Source: an uncultured Gammaproteobacteria bacterium
GTDB taxonomy: Bacteria > Patescibacteriota > Patescibacteriia > Magasanikbacterales > GWA2-37-8
Assembly: GCA_964516735.1 (NCBI GenBank)
Contig: CAZEYR010000003.1
Coordinates: forward strand, 1-47,591
Direction of reading: 5' to 3'
Length of the DNA stretch: 47,591 nt
Both the position numbers and the translations under genes were made by a program. Below are positions 7,372-14,532 of this stretch, one piece after another. The notes beneath the pieces are model-generated. The model was not told where the DNA came from, made no database searches, and saw only the letters and a program-made list of their open reading frames with translations. How positions within the stretch are numbered: the stretch's first letter is position 1; every line of letters starts with the position of its first letter.

Positions 7372-10242
7372 TTATTTTATCCAGATAGCAATAGTGCTTT
7401 CAGTGGTTTGGTTAGTTTTGCTAGTACAAACAGCTTTTAGTTGGTAATTTCCGGTATTTGGTGAGTGCTTCCACGTAAAAGTTAAATTATTATTATCTAG
7501 TTTGTCGTTGTGATCAAAGGTATAAATTAATTTTTCTATTGAACCGGAAACTAAAATAATTTTTATGTCTTTGGTATCACCCCAACGGAAAGGAGTAAGA
7601 GTAAACACCCGTGGAAAATCATCTGGGTTGAGAGTGGTGTCACCCCCAAACCAAACTGCAGTCGGCGGGTCAAAATCAGCAGTGAGGTTGAAGACGATTT
7701 CTTTGGTGGTGGAATTGCCCTGATCGTCTTGAGCGGTGGCAGATAGGGTATGTTGTCCGGGGTTTAAAGTACGGGCGTAATATTCCAGCCCAAAAGGAAA
7801 AATTGTGCTGGCGCCAATATCTTTATTATCGATTTGATAAAATACTTTGGTGATGCCGCGAGGGGCAGAAGCTTGGACTTGAATAGAAAATTGACGGGTA
7901 TTAATTTCACCAGAGAGAGGGGTGATAATTTCTATTTTGGGTGCTAGAGTCGGGTCGGTGATGGTATTGTCGTATTCGGTTGGGGGATCTTCTAAACTCA
8001 CAATATTACCTTTTTCGTATTCTCTTTTTACCCAATCTTGTAAAGCGTTTTCCCAATTAAAATATTGCGGGTCATCGCTTGGGTTTGTTGGAATTGGTCC
8101 TTGTGGGTCGTTGCGATCTACATAATGTAAAATATCATGAGATGGTAAAAAAGTTTTTTCTATAATAGCCCCGGCCGGAGTGGATGATGTGGCAATTAGG
8201 TTATTAAATTTGTTTATTTTTATATTTATTCCGCCATCGTTACCATGTAAAACTGGTTTGGTGGTTTCAGTGGTTGGTGGGGCGGGAAACTGTTCAACCG
8301 GGGTGTTTTTTAGAGCTTCGCGCATATAAGTGTTCCAAATTTGTCCAGCCAAAGTGTTGCCACCACCCTTCATGGTAGACGGGTTGGTGTTTCCGACCCA
8401 AACGCCAGTAGCTAAAGATGGGGTAAAACCCATGGTCCAAGCGTCAAAATAGTTGTTAGTAGTACCAGTTTTTGCGGCCACTGGACGTCCGGGCAGGGTA
8501 AGAGTGCTGTTGCGTCCAAAAATATAAGCGCGAGCAGTATCGTCACTTAAAACATTAGCAATGGTGGCGGCTAATTCCGGTTTTACTGCTTCAGAGCCAT
8601 CAGTTGGTTTCCATTCATATAAATTGTTTCCATTGGTATCGTCTACTTTTAAAATACTAACTGGCGAGTGGAAAAGACCGCTGTCGGCCAGGGTGGCGTA
8701 GGCATTGGTATGCTCCAAGAGATTAACTTCAGCTCCGCCCAACACCAGGCTTAAACCCGGATCACCGGTAAACGTGGTATAACCAAATCTTTTGGCAAAT
8801 TCAATGGTTTCTTTAGTACCCACAAGATATAAAGTTTTTACAGCCGGTATGTTAAGAGATCCTTGTAAAGCCGTTCGAATAGTCACCAGACCATGTTCTT
8901 TATTATCGTAATTTTTTGGCGTGTATTTTTCCCCGGTACGCATGTCAAAGTTGGTTAAAACATCATATAAAACCGTATCTGGAGTGTATCCTTTTTCAAA
9001 AGCATAAGTGTAAACAAAGGGTTTAAAAGAAGAACCCGGCTGTCTTTTGCCAAGTACCGCCACATTAAATTGGCCATCGATTTCTTCGTTGAAAAAATCA
9101 CGGGAGCCAACCATAGCTAAGACTTGAGCGGTTTTTGGGTCAATAGAAACTAAAGCGGCATTGTTGGCGTTGTATTCTTTGGCGTATTTGTCGCCTAGTG
9201 TTTTTACTGTTTCCTCGGCTAATTTTTGTTTATCAAAATCCAAAGTGGTGATTACTTTTAAACCACCGCTGTCAACGGTTTTTTCTCCAAATTGGTCGGC
9301 CAATAATTGTTTTACATACAAAACAAAATGTGGAGCGGCTTTGATGCCGGCCGACTTGGTAATTTTTAATTCTTGTCCAACAGCCTCGATTTTTTGAACT
9401 TCGGAAATATAACCTTGTTCCACCATCAGTTTTAAAACATAATCGCGGCGTTCTCTTAATACGTCGGTGTGGTTTAGATAATAGCTCGGTCGTTGAATTA
9501 AGGCGGCTAAACTGGCGCTTTCGGCTAAGGTTAGGTCTTTAGCACTTTTTTGAAAATAAGATTGGGCGGCGGATTCGACACCGTAGTTAGTAGAGCCAAA
9601 TGGAATTTCGTTTAAATACATCTGTAAAATTTGATCTTTAGTGTATTTTTTTTCCAAACGAGGGGCTAATACGAGCTCTTTTACTTTTCGTACTACTTTG
9701 TGGAAAATATCTTTTTTGTCACCGATAATAGCGTTTTTAATTAATTGTTGAGTGATGGTGGAGGCGCCGCCACTGCCAGAATTGGTGTTTAGTAAATTGC
9801 TCACCATGGCGCGAGCGATACTAATGTAGCGCACGCCTTTGTGTTCGTAAAAATGCTTGTCTTCGATGGCTACCACGGCTTTGGGTAAAAAGGGATTCAT
9901 TTGGTCTAGGGTAACCGAGGTTCTTTTTTGATCTTGATAGATTTCGTATAAGATGTGGGTGCCGGTGCGGTCGTAGATTTTAGTACTTTGAGAAATTTGG
10001 CGGTCGGTTAGTTTGCTTGGGTCGGGTAAATCACTGCTAATCCACGCAAAGGCAATGGTGCCAAAAATAAAAAAGAAAGCCACGGCAACAACCCCAAACA
10101 TTAGGGCTTTTTTAATCAAGAACTTCGTTATTTTTGGTTTTTTAAACCTAAAGCCACGACCGAAATTAGAATTTGGGTCGTTTTGGCCAAGTTCACCATA
10201 GGAACGGTTGGCTCGAGGGTTAAGTTGAGGGATTGGAGACAT
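7372..10242 (-). CDS. class A penicillin-binding protein (glycosyltransferase + transpeptidase) with a long C-terminal beta-rich extension
   Basis: GT51 motifs EDKHFYEH.G and GASTITQQL, and transpeptidase motifs SSFKP and KTGTT. The start is set at MSPIPQ (10242) because the predicted promoter -10 (10265-10270) lies downstream of the track's ATG at 10302. Confidence 0.85.
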   Translation of the reverse strand: MSPIPQLNPRANRSYGELGQNDPNSNFGRGFRFKKPKITKFLIKKALMFGVVAVAFFFIFGTIAFAWISSDLPDPSKLTDRQISQSTKIYDRTGTHILYEIYQDQKRTSVTLDQMNPFLPKAVVAIEDKHFYEHKGVRYISIARAMVSNLLNTNSGSGGASTITQQLIKNAIIGDKKDIFHKVVRKVKELVLAPRLEKKYTKDQILQMYLNEIPFGSTNYGVESAAQSYFQKSAKDLTLAESASLAALIQRPSYYLNHTDVLRERRDYVLKLMVEQGYISEVQKIEAVGQELKITKSAGIKAAPHFVLYVKQLLADQFGEKTVDSGGLKVITTLDFDKQKLAEETVKTLGDKYAKEYNANNAALVSIDPKTAQVLAMVGSRDFFNEEIDGQFNVAVLGKRQPGSSFKPFVYTYAFEKGYTPDTVLYDVLTNFDMRTGEKYTPKNYDNKEHGLVTIRTALQGSLNIPAVKTLYLVGTKETIEFAKRFGYTTFTGDPGLSLVLGGAEVNLLEHTNAYATLADSGLFHSPVSILKVDDTNGNNLYEWKPTDGSEAVKPELAATIANVLSDDTARAYIFGRNSTLTLPGRPVAAKTGTTNNYFDAWTMGFTPSLATGVWVGNTNPSTMKGGGNTLAGQIWNTYMREALKNTPVEQFPAPPTTETTKPVLHGNDGGINIKINKFNNLIATSSTPAGAIIEKTFLPSHDILHYVDRNDPQGPIPTNPSDDPQYFNWENALQDWVKREYEKGNIVSLEDPPTEYDNTITDPTLAPKIEIITPLSGEINTRQFSIQVQASAPRGITKVFYQIDNKDIGASTIFPFGLEYYARTLNPGQHTLSATAQDDQGNSTTKEIVFNLTADFDPPTAVWFGGDTTLNPDDFPRVFTLTPFRWGDTKDIKIILVSGSIEKLIYTFDHNDKLDNNNLTFTWKHSPNTGNYQLKAVCTSKTNQTTESTIAIWIK

Positions 10243-10264
10243 AGTATTTATTAGTGCTTTGTTT

Positions 10265-10293
10265 ATTATATCGCAAGCGTCTAGGATTGACAA
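10265..10293 (-). promoter_or_regulatory. putative promoter of the PBP gene
   Basis: On the minus strand: TTGTCA, 17 nt, TATAAT. The -35 overlaps the -35 of the divergent plus-strand promoter. Confidence 0.45.
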
Positions 10294-10315
10294 AAGCACC
10301 AAAATATGCTATATT
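10287..10315 (+). promoter_or_regulatory. putative promoter of the 3D-domain gene
   Basis: TTGACA (10287-10292), 17 nt, TATATT (10310-10315). Confidence 0.5.
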
Positions 10316-10373
10316 ATTATGTCGTTAATTGCAAGGGTATCAAGATTGATACTCTTTTAAATTAATCAAAAAT

Positions 10374-10889
10374 ATGACTAAAATTAGCCAAAAATTGATA
10401 ATTGCTGTAATCTTAGCCAATTTATTTATTCCGAACTTTGCTTATGCTGCAGATTTTAGCCAAATTGCTAGTTTGCCTATAGTTAGCCATTTTACTGGGG
10501 TGAGAAACTTTTTGGTGGATACTGCTCAGGCTGATAGTGAAAATGCCGTTGTTTTGCCTATTTCTGGCAAAAGAGAAGCTGATAAGAAGGTAAATGCGGT
10601 AATTACTGCTTATACTTCTACTGTTGATCAGTGTGACGACGACCCTTTTATTGCCGCTTCCGGTAAACATGTGTATGATGGTATGATTGCCGCCAACTGG
10701 CTGCCGCTTGGTACCAAAATCAAGATCCCGGCCCTTTATGGTGATAAAATCTTTACCGTGGACGACCGTATGAACGCCCGTTATGGGTATGGTCGTATGG
10801 ATATTTGGTTGGATGCCACCAAGGATGAGGCCAGAAAGTTTGGTGTGAAAAGAGTAGAAGTGGAAGTTTATTACGATTATAATAAGTAA
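10374..10889 (+). CDS. secreted 3D-domain (MltA/YabE-like) cell-wall protein
   Basis: N-terminal signal-like hydrophobic segment. C-terminal TAYTS..DQCDDDP..AASG ... LPLGTKIKIP ... VDDRMN ... MDIWL matches the three-Asp 3D domain. Confidence 0.75.
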   Translation: MTKISQKLIIAVILANLFIPNFAYAADFSQIASLPIVSHFTGVRNFLVDTAQADSENAVVLPISGKREADKKVNAVITAYTSTVDQCDDDPFIAASGKHVYDGMIAANWLPLGTKIKIPALYGDKIFTVDDRMNARYGYGRMDIWLDATKDEARKFGVKRVEVEVYYDYNK

Positions 10890-10895
10890 AAGTTA

Positions 10896-10922
10896 AAAGA
10901 CCCAGTAATGGGTCTTTTTTTC
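10896..10922. terminator. bidirectional terminator between the 3D-domain gene and the PPIase gene
   Basis: AAAAGACCC agtaat GGGTCTTTTTTT. Confidence 0.6.
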
Positions 10923-11465
10923 TTATTCCTCAATTACTTCAACGGCTGTAATTTTTATTGGTGTCTTTGGTGTAGAACCTTCACCCCAAGGTAGGGTTGG
11001 CGCTTCGGCGATAGTATCGATAACAGACAAATCAGAGACTACTTTGCCAAAAATTGTATAATTTGGAGGTAGTGGGTAGTAATCATGCATGATAAAAAAT
11101 TGACTGCCGTTGGTATTTGGTCCGGCATTGGCCATGGCCACAGTGCCACGTTCATATTGGCCAGTAAATTTTTCGTCATCAAAACGGTAATTCGGACCAC
11201 CGGTGCCGTTGCCAATTGGGTCGCCGCCTTGGATCATAAAGCCCGGAATAGTGCGGTGGAAAACGGTATCATTATAAAAACCAACTTTAGCTAAATAGAA
11301 AAAATTATTAGCGGTATTCGGTACTTCCTTGGTGTTTAATAAGATTTTAATTTCGCCGGCTTCGGTTTTTAAAATTACGTAGCTTTTTTTATTTTCATCA
11401 AACTCAATTTTTTCGGCCTGTTTAAAATTTAGCTTGTCTTCTAAGGTTAAAATTTCTGCGGTCAT
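10923..11465 (-). CDS. ppiB: cyclophilin-type peptidyl-prolyl cis-trans isomerase
   Basis: FHRTIPGFMIQGGDP and GTVAMANAGPNTNGSQFFI motifs. Confidence 0.9.
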   Translation of the reverse strand: MTAEILTLEDKLNFKQAEKIEFDENKKSYVILKTEAGEIKILLNTKEVPNTANNFFYLAKVGFYNDTVFHRTIPGFMIQGGDPIGNGTGGPNYRFDDEKFTGQYERGTVAMANAGPNTNGSQFFIMHDYYPLPPNYTIFGKVVSDLSVIDTIAEAPTLPWGEGSTPKTPIKITAVEVIEE

Positions 11466-11473
11466 AATAAAAA

Positions 11474-12988
11474 TTATTCTGATTTAAAACGATATTGCAA
11501 GGCCTCCGCCAAGTGGTGAGATAATATATTACCACTTTTTTCTAAATCTGCAATAGTGCGGGCCAATTTAAGGATGCGACTGTAGCCACGAGCGGAAATG
11601 TTGTTTTTCTTGGCGGCTAGGCGCATTAATTCAAAACCGGCAGTGTCCAATTTACAAAATTTTTGTATTTCTTGATTACCCATCTCACTGTTGGTTTTTA
11701 ATCCGAGTGGGCGAAGCCGATCGGTTTGAGCTTGTCTGGCTTGTTCCACTCGGGCGCGGATATCGGCTGAACTTTCGCTAGTTTCTTCGGCAGAAAATTT
11801 TTCAAAATTAATTCTTGGTACTTCAATGTTTAAATCAATTCTATCCAAAAGCGGGCCGCTGATTTTTCTTCGGTAATTTAAAATTTGATTGGTGGTGCAG
11901 CTGCATTCTTGTTCGGGATCAGATAAAAATCCGCACGGACAAGGATTTTGTGAGGCGACTAAAATAAATCTAGCTGGAAAAGTAATGGTGCCACTGGCTC
12001 TAGCGATAGTCACTTGACCGTCTTCCAAAGGTTGGCGCAAGGCTTCTAGCGCCGGGCGATTAAATTCCGGCAATTCATCTAAAAATAATACACCACGATG
12101 AGCCAAGGATATTTCACCGGGTTTAATTTTTCCGCCACCGCCAATTAAAGAAACTCCAGAGGCCGTGTGGTGGGGAGAGCGAAAAGGTTGGGTTTGGATT
12201 AATTTTTTACCCAACAATCCGGATACGGAATAGATTTGAGTAATTTCCAAAGATTCTTCTTGTGTTAGTTTTGGTAAAATTGTGGGCAGGGTGCGGGCGA
12301 GTAGTGTTTTGCCGGATCCGGGTGGTCCGCTCATTAAAATGTTGTGAGCACCGGAAGCGGCGATTTCTAAGGCGCGCTTGGCAAAAGTCTGGCCATTGAT
12401 ATACGACATATCTAGGGTGTATTCTAATTCCGGGTTTTCTGTGAGATTGGTACTCTTGGTGTGTTTTTCTATTTTTTCCTCGCCGATTAAATGGCGAATA
12501 ATTTGTTTTAAATTTTTTACCGGATAAATATCTAAGCCTTCCACCAAACCGGCTTCGGGTGCGTCGTCGTAAGGGACAAAAATTTTATCAAAATAATTAT
12601 TTTTAGCATAAATCGCCATCGGTAAAATACCGTTGGTATGGCGAAGTGTGCCGTCGAGAGCCAGTTCGCCCAAGAGCAACGCCGAGTCAATATTAATGTC
12701 CAGCTTGTTGAGGGCGGCAATTAGTCCGACCGCCATTGGCAAATCATAAATCGTGCCGTCTTTAGGTAAATCGGCCGGAGAGAGATTGATTAAAATTCTA
12801 AAATTAAAGGGATAATCAAACCCGGAATTTTTTAAGGCGGAATGAATGCGCTCGCGCGCTTCTTTAATGGAAATGTCAGCCAGCCCGACAATGTTAAAAG
12901 CAGTTTGTCCTTTATTTATATCTACCTCAATTTCCACCGGCAAACAGTTGATACCAACCGGTGCGGCGGAATGAAGTCGGTAAAACAT
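11474..12988 (-). CDS. YifB/ComM family Mg-chelatase-like ATPase
   Basis: 504 aa. N-terminal Lon-protease-like domain, Walker A GPPGSGKT, LFLDELPEF, and a C-terminal helical domain. Confidence 0.9.
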   Translation of the reverse strand: MFYRLHSAAPVGINCLPVEIEVDINKGQTAFNIVGLADISIKEARERIHSALKNSGFDYPFNFRILINLSPADLPKDGTIYDLPMAVGLIAALNKLDINIDSALLLGELALDGTLRHTNGILPMAIYAKNNYFDKIFVPYDDAPEAGLVEGLDIYPVKNLKQIIRHLIGEEKIEKHTKSTNLTENPELEYTLDMSYINGQTFAKRALEIAASGAHNILMSGPPGSGKTLLARTLPTILPKLTQEESLEITQIYSVSGLLGKKLIQTQPFRSPHHTASGVSLIGGGGKIKPGEISLAHRGVLFLDELPEFNRPALEALRQPLEDGQVTIARASGTITFPARFILVASQNPCPCGFLSDPEQECSCTTNQILNYRRKISGPLLDRIDLNIEVPRINFEKFSAEETSESSADIRARVEQARQAQTDRLRPLGLKTNSEMGNQEIQKFCKLDTAGFELMRLAAKKNNISARGYSRILKLARTIADLEKSGNILSHHLAEALQYRFKSE

Positions 12989-12990
12989 AA

Positions 12991-13428
12991 TTATTGTTTG
13001 GAAGAAAATAAATTATTTTTGAAAATATACAGAAGAAAACCGACAACAATCATGACGTCGGCGATGTTTATAATCGCCGTTAAGAGTAGAAAGTAATCGA
13101 CAATATAACGATAAATAACCCGGTCGTAGAGGTTGGAAAGAGCGCCTAACAACACTGGAATTAAAAAATAAGAATGATTTTTTTGAGAAAAAATTAAATA
13201 ACCAAGCAAAAGCAAAACCGGCACTGTCAATCCAATAATTAGTAAATTAGGCATGGGCAAGCTAAAAGCCACACCATGATTAAAAGATGGTTGCCAATTA
13301 AAAAATTCCACCAAACGATTGCTGATTGGTGTAGAAGAGGTGAGGGCGAGGTGTTTTAAATAGCGATCCAGAAATAAAAAAAGCCCACTTATAACCAAGG
13401 TTAAAAATAAACGGGCTCTATTATTCAT
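12991..13428 (-). CDS. lspA: lipoprotein signal peptidase (signal peptidase II)
   Basis: 145 aa, four hydrophobic segments, NHGVAFS and IVDYF motifs. Confidence 0.8.
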   Translation of the reverse strand: MNNRARLFLTLVISGLFLFLDRYLKHLALTSSTPISNRLVEFFNWQPSFNHGVAFSLPMPNLLIIGLTVPVLLLLGYLIFSQKNHSYFLIPVLLGALSNLYDRVIYRYIVDYFLLLTAIINIADVMIVVGFLLYIFKNNLFSSKQ

Positions 13429-13431
13429 AGA

Positions 13432-13833
13432 TTATACTTCTTGGGTGATAGCTTTTTTACAACTTACACAAGCACTAGAAGTTGGGCGGACAGCCAAACG
13501 TTTTTCTTCAATCGGTTTACCACAGTATTTGCAAATGCCATAATGGCCTTTTTTAATTCTTTCCAGAGATTGTTTGATGTCGCGCAAGGTTTTTTCTAGA
13601 TTTTCTTCCAAAGGAATGCGGGCCGCGTATTCGGCCACTTCCGCGGCATTTTCGTCTTCTTTGTCTCCGTATTCTGGGAAAGCACTATTAAAATCATCTT
13701 TAACATGTGGATTTTTTTCAGCAAATTTGGTAAGTTCTTTTTCAATTTTCATTTTTTGTTTTAACAGTTCTTTCTCTACTTTTTCCAAAAACTCCTGAGA
13801 CAGGGTGGTTTTGGCAGTGGCTTTCTTGGCCAT
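13432..13833 (-). CDS. DksA/TraR family C4-type zinc-finger protein
   Basis: Coiled-coil N-terminal half plus CKYCGKPI...x17...CVSCK. The start is set at MAKKATAK (13833) because the predicted -10 overlaps the upstream ATG at 13872. Confidence 0.75.
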   Translation of the reverse strand: MAKKATAKTTLSQEFLEKVEKELLKQKMKIEKELTKFAEKNPHVKDDFNSAFPEYGDKEDENAAEVAEYAARIPLEENLEKTLRDIKQSLERIKKGHYGICKYCGKPIEEKRLAVRPTSSACVSCKKAITQEV

Positions 13834-13870
13834 ATGTTTGAGGTTAACTAAACAATTTGTATATGCCCAC

Positions 13871-13900
13871 ATTATAACATCGATTATTATGTTTCGTCAA
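13871..13900 (-). promoter_or_regulatory. putative promoter of the dksA-like/lspA/yifB/ppiB gene string
   Basis: Minus strand: TTGACG, 18 nt, TATAAT. Confidence 0.5.
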
Positions 13901-13921
13901 TAAATTCATCAATAAAAAATA

Positions 13922-14256
13922 TAAAAAAATAAGGGCGCAGAAACCCGATAATCAAATTGATATGTGGTCCTCGCCCTTAGGTAGCTGTCTAAGGCGAGAT
14001 GTAACAGACCAAATGAGGTCGTGACATACGAAACACCTTGACAGAAACCGCCTACCGCTCAGGGGTATTAACCTCGGTGCCAGTAAGACTCATTGAGCCA
14101 AACTAGCTATTTGGGGTGAGGTTACCCGTAAAGAAGTTAGGCAAGCCACTATTTTTATTTTACTATGCCTTTTTATTAAGAATAGTGGTCGACTTACTTC
14201 CTTTAAAGTAGCAGTGATGGTCGGTTGTTAGGTTTTGCAAAGAGCTTATCTTTACG
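13922..14256 (-). ncRNA. structured RNA of about 330 nt; possible RNase P RNA (identity uncertain)
   Basis: This block is richer in G+C than its flanks and has no plausible ORF. It has its own consensus promoter and a 3' hairpin plus U-run (AAGGGCG ... CGCCCTT then TTATTTTTTT on the minus strand). Minus-strand motifs occur in RNase P-like order: AAAGGAAGUAAGUC, ACGGGUAACCUCACCCCAAAUAG, GGUAGGC, GUCACGAC. I could not reconstruct a canonical P4 helix or specificity domain. Confidence 0.45.
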
Positions 14257-14262
14257 TTATAT

Positions 14263-14291
14263 ACTATACCATATTTCGTGGAACATGTCAA
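14263..14291 (-). promoter_or_regulatory. promoter of the ~330-nt RNA
   Basis: Minus strand: TTGACA (rc of 14286-14291), 17 nt, TATAGT (rc of 14263-14268). Confidence 0.55.
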
Positions 14292-14388
14292 GCATTAGTA
14301 GTTTAGTATATTTTTATGCTAAGATTAGCCAATAAGTAGCTAGCAGTAGCGAAAATTTTTGTTTACACTATTGTAAACAAACAACCAC

Positions 14389-14397
14389 TTATCCACA
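14389..14397 (+). promoter_or_regulatory. perfect DnaA box TTATCCACA
   Basis: Exact 9-mer, followed by TTGTCCACA at 14431-14439, upstream of the LTD-protein gene. Confidence 0.5.
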
Positions 14398-14532
14398 GAA
14401 GAAATCATTTTTGCACTATTTTGTCCACAGTTGTGTAGACTAGTGTATACAAAAATTAAAATTTTAGGATTTTATGGATCATTGTGTTAAAATATATACA
14501 AACTAATTAATTTCTAAATATTTTAATATTTT

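Noticed and set aside
10243-10302. Longer N-terminal extensions offered by the track for PBP1A (10302), the dksA-like gene (13872), the YgjP-like gene (24603, a TTG) and ftsK (39623)
   Set aside because: In each case the predicted -10 or -35 hexamers lie within or downstream of the extension, and the extension encodes non-conserved residues. The downstream ATG was preferred.
10316-10373. Possible riboswitch (for example the cyclic-di-AMP class, often upstream of cell-wall hydrolase genes) in the leader of the 3D-domain gene
   Set aside because: The leader is only about 55 nt and has a single small hairpin (GTATCA agat TGATAC). It is far too short for that riboswitch class.
14013-14060. Plus-strand match to ZTP (pfl) riboswitch core words (GGUCGUGAC ... 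ACCGCCU)
   Set aside because: The conserved UGGCG and CCUGGGC continuations are absent. No expression platform or purine/folate gene follows. Promoter and terminator signals indicate transcription of the opposite strand.
14201-14238. tmRNA-like tag frame on the minus strand (GCA AAA CCU AAC AAC CGA CCA UCA CUG CUA CUU UAA = AKPNNRPSLLL*)
   Set aside because: The region has no tRNA-like acceptor/T-arm (no GGUUCGA-type T-loop and no CCA end). The frame also starts only about 20 nt from the predicted 5' end, so it is probably coincidental.
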